Shown here: one piece after another, positions 29,577-37,431 of the stretch
Numbering within the stretch: position 1 is the stretch's first letter
Layout: every line of letters begins with the position of its first letter
From: Thermodesulfobacteriota bacterium
GTDB taxonomy: Bacteria > Desulfobacterota > Desulfarculia > JACQYL01
DNA: 64,000 bases
NCBI GenBank assembly: GCA_963675595.2
Contig: CAXXLZ010000002.1
Coordinates: 3,968,001-4,032,000 of the forward strand
Direction: 5' to 3'
Position numbers and translations under genes: made by a program
Notes under the pieces: generated by a model
Seen by the model: only the letters and a program-made list of their open reading frames with translations
What the model was told of the DNA's origin: nothing
Database searches by the model: none

Positions 29577-31238
29577 ATGTTCAGTTTTTTTGCCCTGCTT
29601 CTAGCCTTCTACATTACGGTGGTGCTCATCCCATTCACCAACCGTCTGGCGTTGAGGCTTGGAGTTATGGATGTGCCGTCGGAGGCCCGCAAAGTGCATG
29701 TTCATCCGACCCCCAGAACGGGAGGTATCGCCTTGGCGGGCGGGATTCTGGTTCCCGCCTTGATTTGGCTCCCCATGGGTCGAGAAATGAAGGCCTTTTT
29801 CACCGGTGCCGGGGTGATCTTCGTTTTCGGGTTACTGGACGATTTGTTCAATCTGGATTACCGGAAGAAGTTTACGGGGCAGATTCTTGCGGTGTGCCTG
29901 ACCATGGCCATGGGCGGCTTCTTCATTAGAGATTTGGGCATGTGGGGCGGGTATGAAGTGGTATTGAACGCATGGCTCGGGGTTCCTCTTACTATTCTGT
30001 TTCTCGTGTCCACGACCAATGCGATCAACTTGGCGGACGGTTTGGACGGGCTGGCGGGAGGGCTGTGCATCATCATATTCGGCGCCATCGGTTTGCTGGC
30101 CTACACGCAGAGCAGCACCGACCTGGCAGTCTGTTGCCTCATCATCATCGGAGCTTTGCTGGGTTTTCTCCGATACAATACATTTCCGGCAACCGTCTTC
30201 ATGGGGGACACCGGATCCCAGCTCTTGGGCTTTTCCGCGGGTGTGCTGTCACTTTACTTAACCCAAGGAGAATCCACGTCTTTGGCCCGATCGCTCCCCC
30301 TCCTGATTGTGGGATTTCCTCTCCTGGATATGGCCTCGGTGATGGTGGAACGGATGTTGGAGGGACAATCACCCTTTAAGGCGGACAAGCGACATTTCCA
30401 CCACCGTTTGCTTAAAATGGGCGGATCCCAGGTTGCTTCCGTTGTATTCATCTATGTGCTGCAGAGCGCCATGGTTTTTTTCGCCTGCTATTTCAGGTAC
30501 TACCCCGAGGACTGGATCGCTGCGATCTATCTGGCCATTGCCGCGCCGTTGCTGCTTCTCTTATGGATCAGTGTCCGATTCGGGGTTCATTTCGGCCCTC
30601 TGTTAAGCTGGGGTGAAGGATGGGTCGAATCTTTCACGACCGGCCGCCTGGGCGGAATGATCATGAACGGTTGTCTGGTCGTCATGAAGATCGTACTGAG
30701 TATCGGCCTGCCTTGGCTTGCCCTGTCTTGTGAGCCTAAATTCGCCGCCAGTTGGGAATCCGTGATCTTCCTGCTGGTGGGGGCAATGGTCGTCCTGTCG
30801 TACTGGATCCGGAAGTCCTTGTTTCGAAGGTTGATGACCTATTCCCTATACTTGGTGGGATTCTTTCTGATGTTTGCCACCAGGGGCGGGGAACTGGCCT
30901 TTGTGCACGTTCCCATTCGATTATTCAACTACGTGTTTTGGGGATTTCTGGCCGCAGTGCTGGTGATTTACCTGGTGGTCAGCAAATTCAAGGATCTAGA
31001 GGCCAGTACGGTTGATTATTTGTTACTCCTTCTGGTGGCTTTGGTGCCTTTCCTGCCTCTTGAACAAGTCCATGAATACCATTTGGGGTCCATTGCGGGA
31101 GCCATGATCGTTCTGCTTTGGGTCAGTGAGGTCGTTGTCCGAAACCAGAAAAGAATGTGGGGCCTGCTCGTTTTTTCCTCGCTGGTTTCTCTGCTTCTGG
31201 TGGGGCTCAAAGGGTTGGGATGGGGGATTGGATCCTGA
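29577..31238 (+). CDS. wecA: Undecaprenyl-phosphate GlcNAc-1-phosphate transferase (WecA/MraY family) with C-terminal membrane extension
   Basis: RKVHVHPTPRTGG, GLLDDL, TNAINLADGLDGLAGG, FMGDTGS, SPFKADKRHFHHRL; start placed at ATG 29577. Confidence 0.9.
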   Translation: MFSFFALLLAFYITVVLIPFTNRLALRLGVMDVPSEARKVHVHPTPRTGGIALAGGILVPALIWLPMGREMKAFFTGAGVIFVFGLLDDLFNLDYRKKFTGQILAVCLTMAMGGFFIRDLGMWGGYEVVLNAWLGVPLTILFLVSTTNAINLADGLDGLAGGLCIIIFGAIGLLAYTQSSTDLAVCCLIIIGALLGFLRYNTFPATVFMGDTGSQLLGFSAGVLSLYLTQGESTSLARSLPLLIVGFPLLDMASVMVERMLEGQSPFKADKRHFHHRLLKMGGSQVASVVFIYVLQSAMVFFACYFRYYPEDWIAAIYLAIAAPLLLLLWISVRFGVHFGPLLSWGEGWVESFTTGRLGGMIMNGCLVVMKIVLSIGLPWLALSCEPKFAASWESVIFLLVGAMVVLSYWIRKSLFRRLMTYSLYLVGFFLMFATRGGELAFVHVPIRLFNYVFWGFLAAVLVIYLVVSKFKDLEASTVDYLLLLLVALVPFLPLEQVHEYHLGSIAGAMIVLLWVSEVVVRNQKRMWGLLVFSSLVSLLLVGLKGLGWGIGS

Positions 31239-31304
31239 CGGCGCGCGGACGCTATGGGGCCTTTGCGTGTAACCGGCGATCCTCTTTGACTTTTCGTGTT
31301 TGTT

Positions 31305-31334
31305 TTGCTCTGTTAGAGTGTACAATACTACAAT
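31305..31334 (+). promoter_or_regulatory. Possible internal sigma70 promoter for the export module
   Basis: TTGCTC-N18-TACAAT (TACAAT occurs twice, 31321 and 31329) in an AT-rich gap before wza. Confidence 0.35.
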
Positions 31335-31360
31335 TTCAAGTAACTATTCGAGCATGGAGC

Positions 31361-31933
31361 ATGGGGATGAGAGTATTTAAGATGGCATTGGTGATCGTGT
31401 GCGTCCTACTCACTTCCCAATTGGGGACTGCGTGGGCGGAGGAAGCCGGAGACGACTACATTATCCGGCCGCCGGACGTGCTCGAGATTTCAGTTTATGG
31501 TGAGCCGGAATTGAGTCGTCAACTCGTTGTACGGCCCGACGGAAGGGTGAGTTTTCCCCTGATCGGCGACATTCGGGTGGCGGGACGATCGACTCGGCAG
31601 GTGAAAGAACTGGTGGACCAGAAACTCGACGCTTTTGTGCCTGAAGCCAGTTCCACGGTGATCGTCCGGGACTTGGGGAGTCTGATGTATTTCGTCATCG
31701 GGCAAGTCGCCAAACCGGGCGTCTTTAACGTGTCCACGCCTTTGACCGTTCTGCAGGCGTTGTCGCTGGCCGGAGGAATGACCACGTTTGCCGATACGGA
31801 CGATATCCTCATCATACGCGGACATGGAGAAGCGACCCAAAGGCTCAGGTTCGATTATAGTGAGGTGCGGAAAGGCAAAAAACTCGAAGACAACATCCTC
31901 CTTGAGAGAGGCGATGTGGTTCTAGTTCCGTAG
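31361..31933 (+). CDS. wza: Short OPX polysaccharide export protein (Poly_export + SLBB)
   Basis: Signal peptide; YIIRPPDVLEISVY, VRPDGRVSFPLIG (PES motif), VIGQVAKPG, LQALSLAGG, LERGDVVLVP-stop; no C-terminal outer-membrane helix. Confidence 0.92.
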   Translation: MGMRVFKMALVIVCVLLTSQLGTAWAEEAGDDYIIRPPDVLEISVYGEPELSRQLVVRPDGRVSFPLIGDIRVAGRSTRQVKELVDQKLDAFVPEASSTVIVRDLGSLMYFVIGQVAKPGVFNVSTPLTVLQALSLAGGMTTFADTDDILIIRGHGEATQRLRFDYSEVRKGKKLEDNILLERGDVVLVP

Positions 31934-32085
31934 GCGGTTGCTGATAAATGCGATCTTCCGCGTTGCGCTTCATCCGTCGTCAATTGGTCAATCCACTGCT
32001 CATTCCTCGGGCTTTACGCGCCCGCAAGCATTCGACGAGCGGGCAGGCCGTTTCGAATGTCGACAAAATACCCCGGATGGTGCCT

Positions 32086-33309
32086 ATGATGAGATTCCAT
32101 ATTCGATCCTTTTCAACCGTGGCATTGGTCGTTTTTCTCGGGTTGGCATGGTCGGTGCCCTGCATGGCGGCGGACTGGTACGTGTCGCCTCGCCTCAACA
32201 TCGAAGAGGAATACGACAATAACATCAATATCAGTGACGACAAAGAGGACGACTTCATAACGCGGATCAAGCCCATGATCAGGGGCGCTTACCGGACGCA
32301 ACGATCCGAGGTGTCGCTGACTTCCTTCGCCGAATACGAGAAATTCGCCACCAACTCCAAAGAGGACGGACTCAAGCATGATCACAACTTGATTCTCGAG
32401 TACGCGGTTTCGTCTCGATTCAATATACGGATGGGAGGCGTTTTCCGAGAAGACCGGACCCTCGAGACCGAACTGACCGAGGAGGGTCGGTTGGCGAATC
32501 GCCAGGATCGACGTCGGTTCGGAGGCAACGTGGGCATGGATTATGTAATCTCTCCAATATTCTTTGTGGCCTTGGATTATCGAAGGTTGTACACGCAGTT
32601 TACCGGAGGGGACACCGATCTGGTGGATGACGTGGGAGACGTGATTTCCGTGTCGCCCAATTACATATGGAGTCCCAAACTCACTTTTTCCCTGAATCTC
32701 AACTACTCCCGAACCAAGTACGACGATCAGGAATTCGAGCAATACACAGTATCGGATCGTTCGATCGAAAACTACTCAATCATGCCTTCGGCGGTCTACC
32801 AGTTTTCGGAAAGGTTTCGCCTATCCGGAGGAATCGGATATCGACATACGAACACGAAACAGAAGACGCGGGCCATCCCTCCCTTCGACCTGATTATACC
32901 GGATCAAACGGTGGACGAGGGAACGGATGGTTTCGTGATGAATTTTCTTTTTCACCGCGACTGGAGCCGAAGTTCCCTGGAGTTCGGCGCCTCGAGAGAT
33001 CAGTATTCCACCCTGGACGGCCGCAGCATCGAGCGGGATAGGGTTTTCGTACGAGGCATGTACCGAATGAGTCCGCGTCTGACGACCCGCGGTACCATTG
33101 ATTTCTTTCGGTCAAGTGGGGACCGGGAATCCGACGACAGTACCTACTTCACTTTCTCACCCTCTTTGGACTATCGATTGACACGCACATTTCTGTTAAG
33201 AGGCTTTCTGCGCTATACAATTTATGATTCCGATAGTGTCGATACGGATCGTTTTCAGGGCGGGTTGAGTTTGGCGATGGAGTGGGAAAGGCTGTTCAGC
33301 GGGAATTGA
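32086..33309 (+). CDS. Outer-membrane beta-barrel protein of the EPS export system
   Basis: Signal peptide ending PCMA; EEEYDNNI, alternating amphipathic aromatic-rich beta strands; lies between OPX and PCP genes. Confidence 0.8.
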   Translation: MMRFHIRSFSTVALVVFLGLAWSVPCMAADWYVSPRLNIEEEYDNNINISDDKEDDFITRIKPMIRGAYRTQRSEVSLTSFAEYEKFATNSKEDGLKHDHNLILEYAVSSRFNIRMGGVFREDRTLETELTEEGRLANRQDRRRFGGNVGMDYVISPIFFVALDYRRLYTQFTGGDTDLVDDVGDVISVSPNYIWSPKLTFSLNLNYSRTKYDDQEFEQYTVSDRSIENYSIMPSAVYQFSERFRLSGGIGYRHTNTKQKTRAIPPFDLIIPDQTVDEGTDGFVMNFLFHRDWSRSSLEFGASRDQYSTLDGRSIERDRVFVRGMYRMSPRLTTRGTIDFFRSSGDRESDDSTYFTFSPSLDYRLTRTFLLRGFLRYTIYDSDSVDTDRFQGGLSLAMEWERLFSGN

Positions 33310-33339
33310 TTCCCATAAACACACCCGGTGGTCGACGTT

Positions 33340-35103
33340 ATGAGCAATCCCAAAAGCATCGATGATTATTTCGCCATTATCCGCAGAAGAATCCACTGGA
33401 TTATTTGGCCGGCACTGCTGATCGCCTTTTCGGGTTTCGCCGTTGCCACCGCTCTGCCCAATATCTACCGTTCGGAAGCGAGAATTCTGATTGAGGGACA
33501 ACAGGTCACCGAGACTCTGGTGCCCACAACGGTTACTTCATTCGTGGATCAGCGGATTCAGTCCATCGTGCAACAGGTGATGAGCCGTTCCAAGGTCCTT
33601 GAAATCATCAAGAAGTTCGACCTTTACAAAGAACAGAGGGATAAACTCACAACGGATGCGCTGGTCGATAAATTCACCGAAGCCATTCAAATCCTTCCCA
33701 TCAGTACGGAGATCAAAACCAGTCAATCCAAGTCGCCTTCGAGCCTCACCATTGCCTTCAGCCTCTCCTTCGAGGCACGTTCTCCCAAAAAGGCGCAACA
33801 GGTCACCAATGAACTGGCATCGTTTTTTCTCGCGCAGAATATCGAGGCCAGGAAAGACACGGCCAAAGGAACCGTGGATTTTCTGTCGATGCAGGTGAAA
33901 ACGACCAAAGCTGAATTGGATCAGCTGCAGGATCAATTCAGTCGATTCAAGGAAGAGCATCTTGAGGAACTTCCTGAGTTCATGAACGTGAATATTCAGA
34001 ATTTGACCCGTCTTGACGGCGAGCTGAACAACGTCAACAGGGAAATTGTCTCCCTGGAGGAACAAAACGTCATCACCAGGAATCAGTTTGCCGCATTGGA
34101 CCCTTATTTGGGAGAAACCAAACGAGTGCTTACCGACGAAGAGCAGTTACAGCAACTGGAGCTCAAGAGGGCGGAGCTCAGGGCAAGATATTCGGATAAG
34201 CACCCTACATTGCGGGCCATTGACAAAGAAATCGAAATCATCGGGTCCACGGCGAGCGGAAGCAAGGGCCTTCAGAACAAGATGGATAGATTGAAGATTC
34301 TCGAACAGGAACTCGCTCAGATGCGATCCAAATACAGCGAACAGCATCCGTCCGTGAAGAAGCTTGTCGGGCAAATCGAAGAGCTGAAACAGGAGATCGA
34401 GAAGCAGCGCAAAGAAATGCCTGCGTCCAAGCAACCCGAGGTAACGGATTCAAAAGAGATCACCAATCCCGCCTATCTTTCCATGAAATCGGAACTGGAG
34501 CGTTCGGAGGTGCGGGTGAAGTTTCTTCGCAAGGAACGGCAGAGAATCTTGACCGAGAGGGAGGAGCTTCAGAACAAGTTGAAGACGATGCCCAACGTGG
34601 AGAAGCAGTATCGGGAATATCAGATGGATTACGAGAACGCGAAAAACCGGTTGAACGAACTACAGCAGAAGCTTCAAGTGGCTAAGATCGCGGAAGGAAT
34701 GGAAGAAGGACAATTGGCGGAGAAGTTCACCCTGATCGAGCCGCCTTACCTACCTGAAGAACCCGACAAACCCAACCGCAAGGCTATTCTCCTCATCGGT
34801 ATTGTTTTGGGCATCGGAGTCGGCTTTGGTTTGGGCTTCTTTCGAGAATACCTCGATCATTCCATACGAACGCCGGAGGAGGTGGAGCAGTACGCCGGAT
34901 ATCCCGTTCTCGCCGTTATCCCTAAAATCGCCTCTCCGAAGGAGGTGCGGAAGCGCCGGAACAGGATCATCGGGGTATCGGTCGCGGCACTAGTCGTCCC
35001 GGCTGCCGGGCTGGCGATATTCCATTATTATGTAATGGACCTCTACGTGTTTTATTACCGGCTGGCCCGCTTTCTGGCGGAGCGGTATTACACTTCCTTT
35101 TAA
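33340..35103 (+). CDS. Polysaccharide co-polymerase (Wzc/GumC-like chain-length determinant)
   Basis: N-terminal TM, LPNIYRSEARILIE, long coiled coil with two YSxxHP repeats, IEPPYLPEEPDKPNR, TM, EYLDHSIRTPEEVE, PVLAVIP. Confidence 0.92.
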   Translation: MSNPKSIDDYFAIIRRRIHWIIWPALLIAFSGFAVATALPNIYRSEARILIEGQQVTETLVPTTVTSFVDQRIQSIVQQVMSRSKVLEIIKKFDLYKEQRDKLTTDALVDKFTEAIQILPISTEIKTSQSKSPSSLTIAFSLSFEARSPKKAQQVTNELASFFLAQNIEARKDTAKGTVDFLSMQVKTTKAELDQLQDQFSRFKEEHLEELPEFMNVNIQNLTRLDGELNNVNREIVSLEEQNVITRNQFAALDPYLGETKRVLTDEEQLQQLELKRAELRARYSDKHPTLRAIDKEIEIIGSTASGSKGLQNKMDRLKILEQELAQMRSKYSEQHPSVKKLVGQIEELKQEIEKQRKEMPASKQPEVTDSKEITNPAYLSMKSELERSEVRVKFLRKERQRILTEREELQNKLKTMPNVEKQYREYQMDYENAKNRLNELQQKLQVAKIAEGMEEGQLAEKFTLIEPPYLPEEPDKPNRKAILLIGIVLGIGVGFGLGFFREYLDHSIRTPEEVEQYAGYPVLAVIPKIASPKEVRKRRNRIIGVSVAALVVPAAGLAIFHYYVMDLYVFYYRLARFLAERYYTSF

Positions 35104-35115
35104 GGACTCGAGGAC

Positions 35116-36135
35116 ATGAGCCAATTTAAGAAAGCCTTGGAAAAGGCCAAGAAAGCCGGCCAACTGGACAAGGTCAAGTCGCACCCCACCGAAAGCGAAC
35201 GGGCTTCTTCCTACAAATATGTGTCTTTCGATCAGGTGGGGGCCGAGCCGAGCCGAGAAGAGCGGGTCGCCAAGGAAAAAGAGGAAGAGATTTCGGTGCA
35301 GGAAGCGCTTCGGCGGAGCGGGACACCTGCGGAACCTTCCGGTTTGTCCAAGGATGTAGCCCCCTCGGCCCCGAAGGGTGAAATATCCCTTGAGGAGGCC
35401 AAGTACCACTATGCACAAGGCGGCATGGATACGGAATCACATGTCTATTCCCAGACCCGACAGGTTTCGCTGGATCAGGATCTTCTTCTTGATCGGAAAG
35501 TATTTGCCATTCTGGAGCAAAACATCGTCGCGGATCAGTACAAGCTGCTCAGAACCATGATGCTGCACAGGATGCGTCCTTTGGGGCATAACACCATCGT
35601 AGTGACCAGCTCAAAGGAGCGGGAAGGCAAGACACTCACCGTTGTGAATCTCGGAATCACGATTGCCAGGGAAACGCGTCAGACCGTTATGCTGGTGGAT
35701 CTGGACTTGAGGCAACCCATGATTCACTCTTACCTGGGTATCAACATATCCCCGGGAATCCGGGACTATTTCTCCGATGATGTCCCCCTCAAGGACATGC
35801 TCGTGAATCCCGGAATCGAGAGCCTCACCGTGGTCCCGGCGGGGGGCAGGATGCCGAACTCCACGGAGATCATCGGCTCTTACCGGATGGAGCTGATGGT
35901 CAACGAGATCAAGAACCGCTATCCGGACCGATACGTCATTTTCGACACGCCGCCCCTCGCCAGTTGTCCGGACGCCATCGTTCTCGCGAGTTACGTGGAT
36001 ACCCTTCTTCTTGTGGCAAGGTCCGATTACACCACGGGCGCCGATTTGACGAAATCGGTGGGGCTCCTAAAAGGCGTGAATATCGCGGGCGTTGTTTTCA
36101 ACGAGGGAAAAGTAAGTCGTCAGTGGGCCTACTGA
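35116..36135 (+). CDS. CpsD/CapB-family bacterial tyrosine kinase
   Basis: QYKLLRT, Walker A TSSKEREGKT, A' LVDLDLRQP, Walker B IFDTPP. Confidence 0.9.
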   Translation: MSQFKKALEKAKKAGQLDKVKSHPTESERASSYKYVSFDQVGAEPSREERVAKEKEEEISVQEALRRSGTPAEPSGLSKDVAPSAPKGEISLEEAKYHYAQGGMDTESHVYSQTRQVSLDQDLLLDRKVFAILEQNIVADQYKLLRTMMLHRMRPLGHNTIVVTSSKEREGKTLTVVNLGITIARETRQTVMLVDLDLRQPMIHSYLGINISPGIRDYFSDDVPLKDMLVNPGIESLTVVPAGGRMPNSTEIIGSYRMELMVNEIKNRYPDRYVIFDTPPLASCPDAIVLASYVDTLLLVARSDYTTGADLTKSVGLLKGVNIAGVVFNEGKVSRQWAY

Positions 36136-36188
36136 CCCGGCACCTCCTTGTCTTATTCCCCGATTTATTGAGCACGGAAAGAAGTCGC

Positions 36189-37364
36189 ATGTACCTTGAA
36201 TACTATGGCCTTGAGATGAAGCCTTTCGACTTGCTGCCGGACCCGCGTTTTCTCTACATCAGCAAGGGGCACGATGTGGCGCTTTCCCACCTTGAGTACG
36301 GCATTCTGGACAACAAAGGACTCATCGCTCTGACGGGAGATGTGGGAACCGGGAAAACGACACTGCTCAATTACCTTCTTCAGAAGGTCGAAGGTGAAGT
36401 CGATTGGGCCTTTGTGCTCAATCCTCAACTCACGCCTTCGGATTTCATGCGAGTCGTCCTGCGTCACTTCGGCCGGCCACAAACCGATTCGACCGCAGTC
36501 GACCTTTATGAGCGCCTCCATCAGTTCCTGCTTCGCCAGCATTTTTCCGGGCGCCGATCCATTCTCGTCATTGATGAAGCGCAGACCATGCCTATCGATA
36601 CCTTGGAGAGCGCACGAACTCTGTCCAATCTGGAAACGCAGGAAAGCCATTTGATTCAGATCATTCTCGCGGGGCAGCCCCAGTTGAGAACTCGTCTCCA
36701 AGACCCGGAGCTCGCGCAACTCGCGCAGCGCATTTCAGTCAGCTACCATCTGTCACCTCTGGATATGGAAGAAACCCTGCGCTATATCGACCACCGGCTG
36801 GAAGTGGCCGGATACGAGAGGGCGACGCCGTTGTTTGATGACGGCGCCTTGGAAGCGGTATTCGAAGGATCTCGCGGCATACCTCGTTTGATAAACCTGA
36901 TCTGCGACACGGCGCTTATGTATGGATATGCGGACGATTTGGCATCCGTGGATGCGGGGGTGGTGGAACGGGTCCTGAAAGATCGCAATATCGGATGGGG
37001 GGCTCATCCGTCGAGTGACGCTCCGGGCGGGCGAGGAAGCGTCACGAATGTTGAATTCCTTTCCGACGTGAGCAAGCTCAGGGCAAGAATCCTGGAGTTG
37101 GAGGAAGACAACCGAGAATTGAGGCTGAAACTTCAAAGGTCCTTTGAAGAATACGGGCGACTGGCGGCGCTGTACAAGGAACGGAAGAGGAAGGGTGACG
37201 CCTTGATGGGGCACTACTCGAAACTCTGGAAGCGGCATGAGGACTTGAAAGGGGCGGTGGAGGAACTGAAAGGAGCATTGCGGTCCGGGAAAAGGGCCGG
37301 CGGGGAAGCATCATCATGGGACGGCCGGGCGGATTCGCGAATGGACGAAGGACGCGACGACTGA
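36189..37364 (+). CDS. ExeA-family AAA ATPase (exosortase/PEP-CTERM-locus type)
   Basis: MYLEYYGLEMKPFDLLPDPRFLY, GDVGTGKTT, VIDEAQ, ILAGQPQL, GIPRLINLICD; C-terminal coiled coil. Confidence 0.92.
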   Translation: MYLEYYGLEMKPFDLLPDPRFLYISKGHDVALSHLEYGILDNKGLIALTGDVGTGKTTLLNYLLQKVEGEVDWAFVLNPQLTPSDFMRVVLRHFGRPQTDSTAVDLYERLHQFLLRQHFSGRRSILVIDEAQTMPIDTLESARTLSNLETQESHLIQIILAGQPQLRTRLQDPELAQLAQRISVSYHLSPLDMEETLRYIDHRLEVAGYERATPLFDDGALEAVFEGSRGIPRLINLICDTALMYGYADDLASVDAGVVERVLKDRNIGWGAHPSSDAPGGRGSVTNVEFLSDVSKLRARILELEEDNRELRLKLQRSFEEYGRLAALYKERKRKGDALMGHYSKLWKRHEDLKGAVEELKGALRSGKRAGGEASSWDGRADSRMDEGRDD

Positions 37365-37431
37365 CCGTTACTTTTTCCGGGAACCCCTGCTTTCGGCACG
37401 AAGCCGAACCTTATCGACGAGCCCCGCCTCT

